This document shows positions 40,540-50,401 of a DNA stretch of 58,423 bases, one piece after another. The notes beneath the pieces were generated by a model. The model was given only the letters and a program-made list of their open reading frames with translations, was not told the DNA's origin and searched no databases. Every line of letters starts with the position of its first letter. Position 1 is the first letter of the stretch. Both the position numbers and the translations under genes were made by a program. The stretch lies in the sequence record SRR22947725_2316. The stretch is one strand, 5' to 3'.

Positions 40540-41694
40540 ATGGAGGTCCAGACTGCCTCAAAGCCCCTCAGTATCGGGCCTTTGGAGCTGTCTATTCCCG
40601 TGGTTTTGGCCCCGATGGCCGGTATCACCAACACCGCTTTTCGCCGGTTGTGCAGGGAGTATGGTGCGGGGCTGTACGTCTCGGAAATGATCACCTCCCG
40701 CGCGCTAGTGGAGCGAACCCCCACCAGCATGCGATTGATTAAGCATCACGAATCAGAAACCCCACGCAGCATCCAGCTCTACGGGGTGGACCCCCACACG
40801 GTGTCCGAAGCCGTGAAGTTCCTGGTGGATGAGGATCTGTGTGATCACATCGACTTGAACTTTGGGTGCCCAGTTCCCAAGGTGACCAAGAAAGGCGGGG
40901 GAGCCGCGCTTCCCTGGAAAAAGAGCCTGTTTCGCCAGATTGTGGAGGGGGCAGTGAACGCTGCGGGAGATATCCCCGTCACCGTAAAAATGCGCAAGGG
41001 CATCGATGATTCTCACCTGACTTTCATGGAGGCGGGAAAATCTGCCGAGGGCGCTGGTGTGGCCTCCATCGCGCTGCATGCCAGAACCGCGTCTCAGTAT
41101 TATTCCGGCAAAGCGGATTGGGATGCGATTGGTGAACTGAAATCCAGCATTTCGAGCATCCCTGTCTTGGGCAACGGAGACATTTGGAAGGCTGAGGACG
41201 CCCTAGCCATGGCGGCTCAGAGCGATTGTGACGGCGTCGTCGTGGGCCGAGGCTGTCTCGGACGCCCATGGCTCTTTGGTGACCTTCAAGAGGCCTTTCG
41301 TGGCAGCAAGAAGCGCTATCAGCCGGGGGTAGCCGAGGTGGCGAAAGCTTTCCGGCGGCACGCGGAGCTTTTGGTGGAATTTTTTGACGGCCAGGAGGAC
41401 CGAGCGTGCCGGGATGTGCGCAAACACGTGGCCTGGTACTTCAAGGGCTACCCGGTTGGGGGAGATCTCCGGGCGCGACTTGCCACAGTGGAATCTCTCG
41501 CCCAAATGGATGACTTCCTGGGGGAACTTGATTTTGACGCCCCCTACCCGGGAAATAGTGTGGAAGCCCCCCGCGGCCGCCAAGGATCGGCGAAGAAAAC
41601 CCATCTGCCTGACCAGTGGTTAGATTCCCAAGAACTCTCCTCCAGCCAGCGCAGTGCGCTCCACCTTGCGGAAGTGGATTCCAGTGGAGGCTAG
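40540..41694 (+). CDS. dusB: tRNA dihydrouridine synthase B
   Basis: LAPMAG, IDLNFGCP, VTVKMR, LHART, GNGDI, VGRG. Confidence 0.94.
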   Translation: MEVQTASKPLSIGPLELSIPVVLAPMAGITNTAFRRLCREYGAGLYVSEMITSRALVERTPTSMRLIKHHESETPRSIQLYGVDPHTVSEAVKFLVDEDLCDHIDLNFGCPVPKVTKKGGGAALPWKKSLFRQIVEGAVNAAGDIPVTVKMRKGIDDSHLTFMEAGKSAEGAGVASIALHARTASQYYSGKADWDAIGELKSSISSIPVLGNGDIWKAEDALAMAAQSDCDGVVVGRGCLGRPWLFGDLQEAFRGSKKRYQPGVAEVAKAFRRHAELLVEFFDGQEDRACRDVRKHVAWYFKGYPVGGDLRARLATVESLAQMDDFLGELDFDAPYPGNSVEAPRGRQGSAKKTHLPDQWLDSQELSSSQRSALHLAEVDSSGG

Positions 41695-42886
41695 AGAATA
41701 CGGAGACGCCGACCGCGAACGTTTCGTCCCCGAAGTTCACTCGTCCTCCCGCAGCGACTTTGCCAGGGACCGCGGTCGCCTGCTGCATTCCTCAGCGCTG
41801 CGCCGTCTGGCAGCAAAAACCCAGGTGCTTTCGCCCTCGCAGGGTCTCGATTTTGCCAGGAATCGCCTTACCCATTCTCTCGAAGTTGCCCAAATCGGGC
41901 GGGAATTGGCCTCCCGGCTGGGCCTGAACGCGGACGTGGTGGAAACGGCTTGTCTGGCCCACGACATCGGTCACCCCCCGTTTGGACATAACGGTGAAAA
42001 AGCCCTGTCCGAATGGGCCAGTGATTGCGGTGGGTTCGAAGGCAACGCGCAAACTTTCCGGCTCCTTGTTCGATTGGAGCCCAAAGTTCTGGACGCCCAC
42101 GCTGTCTCCCGCGGCCTCAATCTGACCCGAGCCAGCCTGCTGGCCAGCATGAAATACCCCTGGGGTGTTGAGAGCGCGGTGAGCGACCCCAGCGGGCGTG
42201 AAAAATTTGGCGCCTACCCCGATGACGAAGAAGTCTTCTTGTGGGCGAGGCAGGGACACCGGGACCGCGTTCTCACCCCTGAGGCGCAGGTCATGGATTT
42301 TTCTGATGATGTGGCGTATTCCGTTCACGATTTCGAGGACGCAATCGTAAATGGCTATGTCGACCCCCGAAGCCTAAGCAGTCCCCGCACAAGAGAGGAC
42401 GTCCTGACCGGAATGGGACCCTGGGTGGGAAACATTCCCACGGGGCACATCGAGGGCGCCTGGGATCGTTTGGCGAGCGTTTTCGATTCCGTTGCCCGCT
42501 ACGTCGGCACCCGCAAAGACTTAGGAGTCCTCAAGACGCTCACCAGCACCCTGATCGGCCGTTTTGCGGTACAGGCGGAGCTCGAGGGCTCGAGGGTCAC
42601 CGTTCCTCGCGACACCCAGGATGAAATCACCCTGCTCAAGGGTATTGTGGCGATTCATGTGATGTCTCACACCGCACGTCAGGCGCTGTATGTGCATCAG
42701 AGAGGGGTGTTGAAATCACTCGCCGAGGCAATGCTGGAAGATCCCACCCACCTGGATACTGTGTTTGCCGAAGACTTTCTCCTCGCCTCCACGCCAGCAC
42801 GGCAGAAGCGCGTGATCGTCGACCAGGTCGCCTCCTTGACCGACCAATCAGCTATGGCGCTCTATGAGCGCCTGGGCTTTGCCTGA
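41684..42886 (+). CDS. dgt: dGTP triphosphohydrolase
   Basis: RRLAAKTQV, RLTHSLEVAQ, HDIGHPPFGH, FEGNAQ, DDVAYSVHD. Confidence 0.93.
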   Translation: MEAREYGDADRERFVPEVHSSSRSDFARDRGRLLHSSALRRLAAKTQVLSPSQGLDFARNRLTHSLEVAQIGRELASRLGLNADVVETACLAHDIGHPPFGHNGEKALSEWASDCGGFEGNAQTFRLLVRLEPKVLDAHAVSRGLNLTRASLLASMKYPWGVESAVSDPSGREKFGAYPDDEEVFLWARQGHRDRVLTPEAQVMDFSDDVAYSVHDFEDAIVNGYVDPRSLSSPRTREDVLTGMGPWVGNIPTGHIEGAWDRLASVFDSVARYVGTRKDLGVLKTLTSTLIGRFAVQAELEGSRVTVPRDTQDEITLLKGIVAIHVMSHTARQALYVHQRGVLKSLAEAMLEDPTHLDTVFAEDFLLASTPARQKRVIVDQVASLTDQSAMALYERLGFA

Positions 42887-42944
42887 TTTTCCACAACTTC
42901 CCGCTCCTCAGCGCGGTCTCGAGCCGGATAACTAGACTGAGCGT

Positions 42945-44807
42945 GTGGCGGGAAAAATAAAGCGGAGCGATATTGACGAGGTTCGCACTCGGATCAATAT
43001 TGCTGATGTGGTGGGCGATTACGTAACGCTGAAGTCTGCCGGGGCTGGCTCGATGAAGGGCTTGTGCCCGTTTCATGATGAGCGCAGCCCCAGCTTTCAT
43101 GTGCGCCCGCAAGCAGGTTTCTATCATTGCTTTGGGTGTGGGGAGGGCGGCGATGTCTATTCCTTTTTGCAAAAAATGGACCACCTCAGCTTTCAAGAAT
43201 CCGTGGAACGCTTGGCAGGAAAGCTCGGATATGCCTTGCATTATGAAGAAGGCGGGCAAGCCCCCGACACGAGTAATCGCGCCCGACTGCTCGAAGCCAA
43301 TGGCGCCGCGGAAAAATATTTCCGGGAGCAACTTCTCACCGCCGAGGCCGAGGTGGGGAGAAAATTCCTCGGCGAGCGTGGTTTTGACGCTCTTGCCGCC
43401 GAAAAGTTCGGGGTGGGATATGCCCCAAACTCTTTTGATTCTTTGTCTAAGTACCTCACCGGAAAGGGCTTCACCCTTCCCGAGTTGATTGAGGCGGGTC
43501 TGCTCTCCCAGGGCGATCGAGGGTCCTACGACCGCTTTCGGGGGCGCCTGGTGTGGCCCATTCGCGATGTGTCAGGTCAGACGATCGGTTTTGGCGCGAG
43601 AAAACTTCGCGACGATGACCAGGGCCCGAAATATCTCAACACCCCCGAAACTCCGGTCTATCACAAGTCTCGCGTGCTGTATGGGCTTGATCTTGCCAAA
43701 AGGGATATCTCTCGCAACCGTCAAGTGGTCATTGTCGAGGGCTATACCGACGTCATGGCCTGCCATCTTGCAGGAATTACGACCGCGATTGCCACTTGCG
43801 GTACCGCGTTTGGTTCTGATCACATCACGGTGGTGAGGAGGGTGTTGGGTGATTCTGATGACCCCTCCCAGGGCGCTCGGGGAGAGGTCATCTTCACGTT
43901 TGACCCCGATGAGGCTGGTCAAAAAGCTGCCTCCCGCGCGTTTGTCGAAGAATCACGCTTTGTCGCGCAGACTTTTGTTGCTGTGCCCCCAGAGGGATTA
44001 GACCCGTGTGATGTCCGGATCCAACGCGGTGATGAAGCGCTTCGGGAAGTCATTGCGCTCCGTCGCCCGATGTATGAATTCATGATTAAGCAGGTGATGA
44101 ATTCCTGCGACCTCAATACGGTGGAAGGGCGCGGGCAGGCGCTAAAAATGGCTACTCCGATCGTGGGAAAAATTCGTGACCGCGTGATTCGCGATGGATA
44201 CGCCCGGGAGTTGGCCGGGTGGTTGGGCATGAACCCTGATGATGTTGCTCGAGAAATTCGCACCACTGCCCCCCGCACACCCACCGCACCACCGCCGATC
44301 TCAGGTGATGCCTCCCCCGGGGGCCAAGAAGCCCCGTATCAAATGGCATCGCTCTCGAAGGATCCCGTCACTGCACTGGAGAGAGACGGGCTGATGGTGC
44401 TCTTGCAGCATCCCGATATGGTGCCGCTAGAGCGCGCAACTGCGGTGCTGGCAACCCAGTACTCCCATGGTGCGCTGGCTCTGGTTCGAGACGCCATGAT
44501 TTCTGCTCTTGAGTACTACCCCACACCGCAGTGGGTGGCGAAGGTCACAGAGGAAACACCCTCAGCGTTGTCGACCTTGGTCGGCCAACTCGCTGTGGGA
44601 CCTCTGCCAGAGCAGGCTCATCAAGCCGCCCGGTACTGCGAAGGGGTGACTTCCTCTTTGCTCGACCGCGAGCTCTTGAGAAAAAAGGCGGAGGTGCTGA
44701 GTGCCTTGCAACGCAGTGATCCCACCGGAGACCCGGACAATTATCGCGCCTTGCAAGAATCCCTGGTTCACTTGGAACGCGATCGACGAGAACTCAGGGA
44801 GGAGTAA
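42945..44807 (+). CDS. dnaG: DNA primase
   Basis: CPFHDERSPS...CFGC zinc domain, KYLNTPET, TOPRIM VEGYTDV, FDPD. Confidence 0.97.
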   Translation: MAGKIKRSDIDEVRTRINIADVVGDYVTLKSAGAGSMKGLCPFHDERSPSFHVRPQAGFYHCFGCGEGGDVYSFLQKMDHLSFQESVERLAGKLGYALHYEEGGQAPDTSNRARLLEANGAAEKYFREQLLTAEAEVGRKFLGERGFDALAAEKFGVGYAPNSFDSLSKYLTGKGFTLPELIEAGLLSQGDRGSYDRFRGRLVWPIRDVSGQTIGFGARKLRDDDQGPKYLNTPETPVYHKSRVLYGLDLAKRDISRNRQVVIVEGYTDVMACHLAGITTAIATCGTAFGSDHITVVRRVLGDSDDPSQGARGEVIFTFDPDEAGQKAASRAFVEESRFVAQTFVAVPPEGLDPCDVRIQRGDEALREVIALRRPMYEFMIKQVMNSCDLNTVEGRGQALKMATPIVGKIRDRVIRDGYARELAGWLGMNPDDVAREIRTTAPRTPTAPPPISGDASPGGQEAPYQMASLSKDPVTALERDGLMVLLQHPDMVPLERATAVLATQYSHGALALVRDAMISALEYYPTPQWVAKVTEETPSALSTLVGQLAVGPLPEQAHQAARYCEGVTSSLLDRELLRKKAEVLSALQRSDPTGDPDNYRALQESLVHLERDRRELREE

Positions 44808-44809
44808 AG

Positions 44810-45799
44810 ATGGTTCAACACCGCGAGATTGTTCCCGAGGTGCGCCCCCACCGGGTTCTCACTCCGGGCCCGCTCTCGCTTGCTCCGGATCCGTCGGAGT
44901 TTTTCCTGAGCGCCGCCGCTGGCACGGGCGTGGACATTGTTCCCTTGGGCCCCGATACGACAGGCCTTGTCTGGCTCAGTGAAAAAGGAGCCGACGAGTT
45001 GCAGGCCATTCTGGAATCTCACCCCAGCATTCGCTGGGTTCAACTGCCCTGGGCAGGCGTTGACGCTTTTGCTTCGGTGTTGCTGTCTCTCGCTGCCTTA
45101 CCCGAGGACGCAAGGCCCGTGGTGACCTCCGCCAAAGGTGCCTACTCCGAGCCCGTCGCAGAGCATGCGCTCGCTCTGCTTCTGGCCTGTCTGCGAGAGT
45201 TTCCTCGAAAGGCGAGGGAAGCGAGGTGGCAAGACCATCGATCCGGGCTTTCGCTTTTCGGTCGCCACATCGTCATCCTGGGTGCTGGTGGGGTTGCGCG
45301 AGCGCTGATGGAGCTAGTCGCACCGTTTCGCCCTCAGATCACCATCGTTCGACGAGGAACCGTGCGTGTTCCAGGCGCAGGGGAAACCATCACCCCGGAG
45401 GCCCTGCATACCGCGCTCCCAGCAGCGGATGCCGTCGTGATTGCTGCTGCCGCAACGACAGACACCAGGCACATTATTGGCGAGCGTGAATTGGCATTGA
45501 TGCCCGATCACGCCGTACTGGTGAATATCGCGCGGGGAAGCCTGGTCGACATCGATGCAGTAGTGGGTGCGCTCGCGGCGGGGACATTGTGGGGGGCGGG
45601 CTTAGATGTTATGGATCCCGAACCTTTTCCTGACGATCACCCTATCTGGGAGCACAACCGGGCTGTGATTACCTCGCATTCGGCCGATACACCCGAGATG
45701 ACAAGGCCCTTGTTGGCGGCACGGATTCGAGCCAATGCCGAGGCTTACGCGGCGGGAGAGCCACTGGTGGGTGTTGTGGATGTGGAAGCGGGCTATTAG
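44810..45799 (+). CDS. D-isomer-specific 2-hydroxyacid dehydrogenase family protein
   Basis: WAGVD, VAEHAL, GAGGVA, NIARG, LDVMDPEP, TSH. Confidence 0.88.
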   Translation: MVQHREIVPEVRPHRVLTPGPLSLAPDPSEFFLSAAAGTGVDIVPLGPDTTGLVWLSEKGADELQAILESHPSIRWVQLPWAGVDAFASVLLSLAALPEDARPVVTSAKGAYSEPVAEHALALLLACLREFPRKAREARWQDHRSGLSLFGRHIVILGAGGVARALMELVAPFRPQITIVRRGTVRVPGAGETITPEALHTALPAADAVVIAAAATTDTRHIIGERELALMPDHAVLVNIARGSLVDIDAVVGALAAGTLWGAGLDVMDPEPFPDDHPIWEHNRAVITSHSADTPEMTRPLLAARIRANAEAYAAGEPLVGVVDVEAGY

Positions 45800-45859
45800 C
45801 CTAGTAATCCAAGGAAGAGGTCCCGAATGCTCTGGTAGCATCGGGGCTTAGCTTCATAA

Positions 45860-45935
45860 TCCTCGATAGCTCAATTGGCAGAGCGACCGGCTGTTAACCG
45901 GTAGGTTCTTGGTTCAAGTCCAAGTCGAGGAGCCA
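45860..45935 (+). tRNA. tRNA-Asn (GTT)
   Basis: Full cloverleaf TCCTCGA...ACCGG-CTGTTAA-CCGGT...GGTTCAAGTCC...TCGAGGA-G-CCA. Confidence 0.97.
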
Positions 45936-45993
45936 CAGGTGGGTTGTGCTCCACCCCGCCAATCCCACGTTCGCAAACACTATTGAGGGGCCC

Positions 45994-46905
45994 ATGGCAC
46001 GGTTCATTCTTCAGAATGCCTTGTGGTTTGTCCCGACCCTGTTGGGGATTCTTGTTGTTTCCTGGGGGGCCCTTGTGTGGGCGTTGCGCGCGAAATCCCC
46101 TCCTTCCTCGACGTCAAGCACCAGGGAAGAAAACCTGAGCGCCTTCTTGGAAAAATCTGGCCTCGAAATGGTGATCGCCGAACAAGCAGATCGCATGCGC
46201 ATGATCACTGAAATGCACGAATCGGCGGCGACACGCTTGGGGGCGATGATTGCCCAGGCCGAGGGCGCCGCCTTCACGGCCACTTCTGACCCGCAGGTGG
46301 CTTCCAGGGCCGCTAAGGCCCTCGCGGATTCGGCTCGCGCAACTCTCGGCGACGTCAGGCGGGTGGTGAACTCGGCGCGCGGTGGCGTGGAGGAGGTTGA
46401 AGCGTTACCAAGCCTCGTCTCGATTCACGATCTTTTCTCTGCCATGACAGATTCTGGTGTCATGGTGTCCTATGGAGAAACCGGCACCCCTTTTGTGGTG
46501 GCGCCAAGTGCTGAACTGGCGGTCTATCGGATCCTCCAAGAGAGCCTCAATAATGTCCGCGCCCACGGAGGGCCGGGAACGACCGCAAAGATTGGGATGT
46601 CTTGGAGCCCACAGGGTCTTCACGTTCGCGTGGATGACGACGGGGTCCGCACTCGGCGCCGATTCGCCTCTGACGAGGGGACTGACTACACCATCGGGGA
46701 GGACCAGGCAGCGCTGGTCGAGACGCTCAATGGTCGGGGAATCAAAGATATGAAACACCGAACAGAAGCGTTTGGTGGTGTTTTTTCGGCCCACCGCGTT
46801 CCCGGTGTTGGTTTCAGCGTTTCCGCAGCGTTTCCTACCCTGAAGTTCCATAACGGTGTCCACGGGGTGGAGCTTCGTGAGAGCGCCAGCTCCAGCGATG
46901 ACTGA
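45994..46905 (+). CDS. Orphan NarX/DesK-type (HisKA_3) histidine kinase-like protein
   Basis: One N-terminal TM; degenerate H-box RMITEMHE; N-box YRILQESLNNVRAH; DDDG; GRGIKDMKHR. Confidence 0.78.
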   Translation: MARFILQNALWFVPTLLGILVVSWGALVWALRAKSPPSSTSSTREENLSAFLEKSGLEMVIAEQADRMRMITEMHESAATRLGAMIAQAEGAAFTATSDPQVASRAAKALADSARATLGDVRRVVNSARGGVEEVEALPSLVSIHDLFSAMTDSGVMVSYGETGTPFVVAPSAELAVYRILQESLNNVRAHGGPGTTAKIGMSWSPQGLHVRVDDDGVRTRRRFASDEGTDYTIGEDQAALVETLNGRGIKDMKHRTEAFGGVFSAHRVPGVGFSVSAAFPTLKFHNGVHGVELRESASSSDD

Positions 46906-47623
46906 GGGATTCGCCGCTCCTCGACTGCGAAAAGCTCGCGCGCAAGGCTTCCAGGTCGCTTTCGCGGTGTCGCTCTACGGGGTATCTTTCGGGGCCTTGT
47001 CGGTGGCCTTAGGCTTCACGCTGTGGCAAACCATGGTGTTGAGCCTTGTGATGTTCTCTGGTGCTTCCCAATTTGCCTTCATCGGGGTTGTGGCCACCGG
47101 GGGGCTGGCTGCTATTCCTGCCGCTATCGCCACCTCGGGGTTACTGGGGGCGAGGAATTCTCTGTATGCGCTGACCATGTCCCCTATCATCGGGAGAGGT
47201 TTTTTTCGCCGGGCACTAGCCGCTCACTTCACGGTGGATGAAACAACGGCAGTCTCCACCGCACAGGAAGGCCGCCTCGCCTCTCAACACGGTTTTTGGG
47301 CCACAGCCTGCTGGCTCTATCTCGGGTGGAATTTGTCCACCCTCGTGGGCGCTCTTGCCGGTGATGCTCTGGGCGATGTTCAAACCTGGGGCCTGGATGC
47401 GGTTGCCGCTGCTGCTTTCCTGGCACTGCTCTGGCCGAGGCTCACCTCCCTCGAACCCGTGGTTGTTGCGGTGGCTGCCGCTGCGGTGACGGCGGTGTTG
47501 ATCCCGGCTGTTCCGGCCGGAATACCGGTGTTATGTGCGGCAGCGGTAGGAATTGCCACCGGTTTCTATCGCCACAACGTGGCGCCCCATGCCCCCGAGC
47601 CTGGCGAAGCGGGTGTTCGATGA
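46898..47623 (+). CDS. azlC: AzlC family branched-chain amino acid exporter subunit
   Basis: MFSGASQFAF, RNSLY, TVDETTA. Confidence 0.88.
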   Translation: MTEGFAAPRLRKARAQGFQVAFAVSLYGVSFGALSVALGFTLWQTMVLSLVMFSGASQFAFIGVVATGGLAAIPAAIATSGLLGARNSLYALTMSPIIGRGFFRRALAAHFTVDETTAVSTAQEGRLASQHGFWATACWLYLGWNLSTLVGALAGDALGDVQTWGLDAVAAAAFLALLWPRLTSLEPVVVAVAAAAVTAVLIPAVPAGIPVLCAAAVGIATGFYRHNVAPHAPEPGEAGVR

Positions 47624-47934
47624 CCGTGTGGCTAGGAATTATTGCCGCTTCCTTACTGGTGTGGGCCTTGAAAAACTCCGGCTACGTGATTCCGCAACGC
47701 CTGGTGGAGGGGGCCTTGATTTCTCGTATTGCCGGCCTCACCACAGTGGCTTTGCTGGCGTCTTTGGTGGTGGCGCAAGCCCTTCAAGAAAATGCAAGCC
47801 TGGTGGTTGACGCCAGGGTCCCCGCCGTGGGTGTGGCGGCAGCTCTGCTCTATTTCAAGGCGCCGTTTCTTCTGGTGCTGCTCGCCGCAGGTTTGGTTGC
47901 TGGAGGTTTACGTTTCTTCGGTCTGATGGTCTGA
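47620..47934 (+). CDS. azlD: AzlD family small exporter subunit
   Basis: Small hydrophobic ORF with ATGA overlap on azlC; VALLASLV, DARVP. Confidence 0.82.
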   Translation: MTVWLGIIAASLLVWALKNSGYVIPQRLVEGALISRIAGLTTVALLASLVVAQALQENASLVVDARVPAVGVAAALLYFKAPFLLVLLAAGLVAGGLRFFGLMV

Positions 47935-48495
47935 GTTTTCGAAATCATCCACCCCTGGCACCCACGCCAGGCCAGGTTTCCCCCAGCCCGCCTCGCGGAT
48001 ATCCGCTCGCGCCTCACGGCGCAAGCGGAAACCGAGCCGGTCGATATAGAGATCACCTTGAAGGTGGTCCCACTCGTGCTGGAAAATTCGCGCCAACCAC
48101 CCGTGTGCGTCAATGCGCAGAGGTTCCCGGGAGGGGGAGAGACCGGTCAGCACCACTTTTTCTGATCGTCTGGTGGGATAGCGGAAATCGGGAACCGAAA
48201 GACACCCCTCGCTGTCGGCGTCCTCGTCCAGTTTTCCCCGGGGCCTAGATCGCCATAGCGAGGGGTTAACGATGGCCCCCTCGTGGAGGACTTGTGAGTC
48301 GTCTTCCCACTCCCAGACGAAGACTTGCTTGGCAACCCCAATTTGTGGTGCTGCCAATCCCACACCTGGGGCCTCGCGCATTGTTTCGATCATGTCGGAG
48401 ACGAGGGTGGCAAGGTCGTCACCAAAGTCGCTCACGGGTCGTGCCGGGGTGTGAAGGACAGGGTCTCCGGTAATCCGGATGGCGCGAATGGTCAC
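47908..48495 (-). CDS. def: Peptide deformylase
   Basis: GVGLAAPQIG, EGCLS, QHEWDHLQG. Confidence 0.95.
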   Translation of the reverse strand: MTIRAIRITGDPVLHTPARPVSDFGDDLATLVSDMIETMREAPGVGLAAPQIGVAKQVFVWEWEDDSQVLHEGAIVNPSLWRSRPRGKLDEDADSEGCLSVPDFRYPTRRSEKVVLTGLSPSREPLRIDAHGWLARIFQHEWDHLQGDLYIDRLGFRLRREARADIREAGWGKPGLAWVPGVDDFENSDHQTEET

Positions 48496-49544
48496 TTCTT
48501 GGGAGCAGGGGAGGCCGCGGGGGCATCCAGGCTGACGCGCGTGATGGGGAGGGCATGGGGGTGATTCTTTTGAATCCAGGTGACCATGTGTTCTCGCACT
48601 TCGCAGCGCAGATCCCACTGCTGAGAGGAATCACTGGCAGAAATAAGGAACCGGACCTGCACATACCCGCCCACGGCGTCAGTGACCAGCACGCTCGAGA
48701 CTCGGCCGTCAAAAAGCGGGTTTCCTTGGAGAAAAGACTCAAATTCTTTTCTCACCTTGTCCAGGGGAACTCGCCAGTCGAGGTCCATATAGACGGTGCC
48801 CATGACTTGGGAGGACTTTCTGGTCCAGGTTTCAAAAGAATTGCTGGTGAAGTGGGTGGAAGGAACGATTAATCGGCGCTCATCCCAGATATGAACGACC
48901 ACGTAGGACAGGGTGATTTCTCCAATCGTGCCCCATTCGCCTTCGACAACGACGACATCGCCGACCCGAATAGCGTTACTAAAGGCCAGTTGGATACCGG
49001 CAAACAAGTTTCCCAGTACTGCTTGGGCGGCAAGGGCTCCCACGACGCTCAACACGCCCGCAGAAGCCAAGAAACCTGCTCCCAGGGCTTGAACTTGGGG
49101 AAACACAAAGAGAGCAAACCCGAGCGCGAGAATGCCAATGATGGCGTTTGCGAGCCGCCTGATCAGGCGAAGCTGGGTGGCCATGCGCCTGGTTTCCGCA
49201 TCGCTTTGATCCTCGGCCTCAAACTTGTCAATGAATTGGCTCACCGCAAAGTTGACGGCTGCTTGGAGGAGGAATCCGGCAGAAAGAATCAACACCACGA
49301 GAAAGAGCGGGCTGGTGATGAGCCACCAGCGCTCTCCGGAAAGGTCCACGACCTGAAAACTAAAGTGCAGGGCAACGGTGAGGATGAAGAACCGCAGTCG
49401 GGGTCGGATGGCCCTATATCCGGGCTGCAGCCACTCGATTCTTCGACCTACGATTCGGACAAACAGCCACACCCCAAACAGCACGACGAGGGCGATACTG
49501 AGTGTTGCTAGTGCAGAAAGTCCAATAGGGACCCATATATCCAT
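48492..49544 (-). CDS. Small-conductance mechanosensitive channel family protein
   Basis: LAAQAVLGNLFAGIQL, IRVGDVV, GTIGEITLSY, IVPS. Confidence 0.9.
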   Translation of the reverse strand: MDIWVPIGLSALATLSIALVVLFGVWLFVRIVGRRIEWLQPGYRAIRPRLRFFILTVALHFSFQVVDLSGERWWLITSPLFLVVLILSAGFLLQAAVNFAVSQFIDKFEAEDQSDAETRRMATQLRLIRRLANAIIGILALGFALFVFPQVQALGAGFLASAGVLSVVGALAAQAVLGNLFAGIQLAFSNAIRVGDVVVVEGEWGTIGEITLSYVVVHIWDERRLIVPSTHFTSNSFETWTRKSSQVMGTVYMDLDWRVPLDKVRKEFESFLQGNPLFDGRVSSVLVTDAVGGYVQVRFLISASDSSQQWDLRCEVREHMVTWIQKNHPHALPITRVSLDAPAASPAPKK

Positions 49545-49615
49545 GAAAAACGCCACCTTGCCTGTGTTGGGTGCCAAGTCTAGGGCGGGGGCATTGAGTC
49601 ATGCCACCGCAGCGC

Positions 49616-50401
49616 TTAGAGGATCTGGGAGAGGAACTTCTTGGTGCGTTCTTCCTTGGGGTGGTCAAAAATCTCCGTGGGAGTTCCCACTTCGACGATT
49701 TCGCCCTCAGCCATGAAGACCACTCGGTCGGCAACTTCTCTTGCAAAGCCCATTTCGTGGGTGACCACGACCATGGTCATGCCCTCTTTCGCGAGTTCTT
49801 TGATGACATCCAGAACCTCGTTAATCATTTCGGGATCCAGTGCCGAGGTCGGCTCGTCAAAGAGCATCACTTTGGGTTTCATGGCAAGTGCCCGAGCAAT
49901 AGCGACTCGCTGCTGCTGACCGCCCGAGAGTTGGGCGGGGTACTTATCGGCCTGCTCCGGGATCTTTACCCTGGTCAGAAGCTCGAGCGCGAGAGCTTCT
50001 GCTTCTTTTTTGGGCATGCGACGAACCTGCCGCGGCCCCATCGCCACGTTGGTCATGATGGAGAGGTGGGGGAAAAGATTGAAATTCTGGAACACCATCC
50101 CGGTTTCTCGCCGGATCTCCTGAATATTGCGAATATCGGAGGTCAACTCTGTGCCATCGACGATGATGCGACCATCATCGTGCTCCTCGAGTCGGTTGAT
50201 GCACCGAATCAGGGTGGACTTTCCCGAGCCGGAGGGCCCGATCACGACGACGACCTCTTGCGTGCCGACCTTGAAATTCACGCCCTTGAGCGCTTCGAAG
50301 TCCTTGAACCGCTTATACACGTTGTCCATGACGACAATGGCGTCATCGTCGGTCCTATTGCCGGACATCTTCGTTGCGTCGGTGAAAACGTCGTTACTCA
50401 T
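49616..50401 (-). CDS. Polar amino acid ABC transporter ATPase (AapP/BztD type)
   Basis: [37 protein letters not shown]. Confidence 0.95.
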   Translation of the reverse strand: MSNDVFTDATKMSGNRTDDDAIVVMDNVYKRFKDFEALKGVNFKVGTQEVVVVIGPSGSGKSTLIRCINRLEEHDDGRIIVDGTELTSDIRNIQEIRRETGMVFQNFNLFPHLSIMTNVAMGPRQVRRMPKKEAEALALELLTRVKIPEQADKYPAQLSGGQQQRVAIARALAMKPKVMLFDEPTSALDPEMINEVLDVIKELAKEGMTMVVVTHEMGFAREVADRVVFMAEGEIVEVGTPTEIFDHPKEERTKKFLSQIL

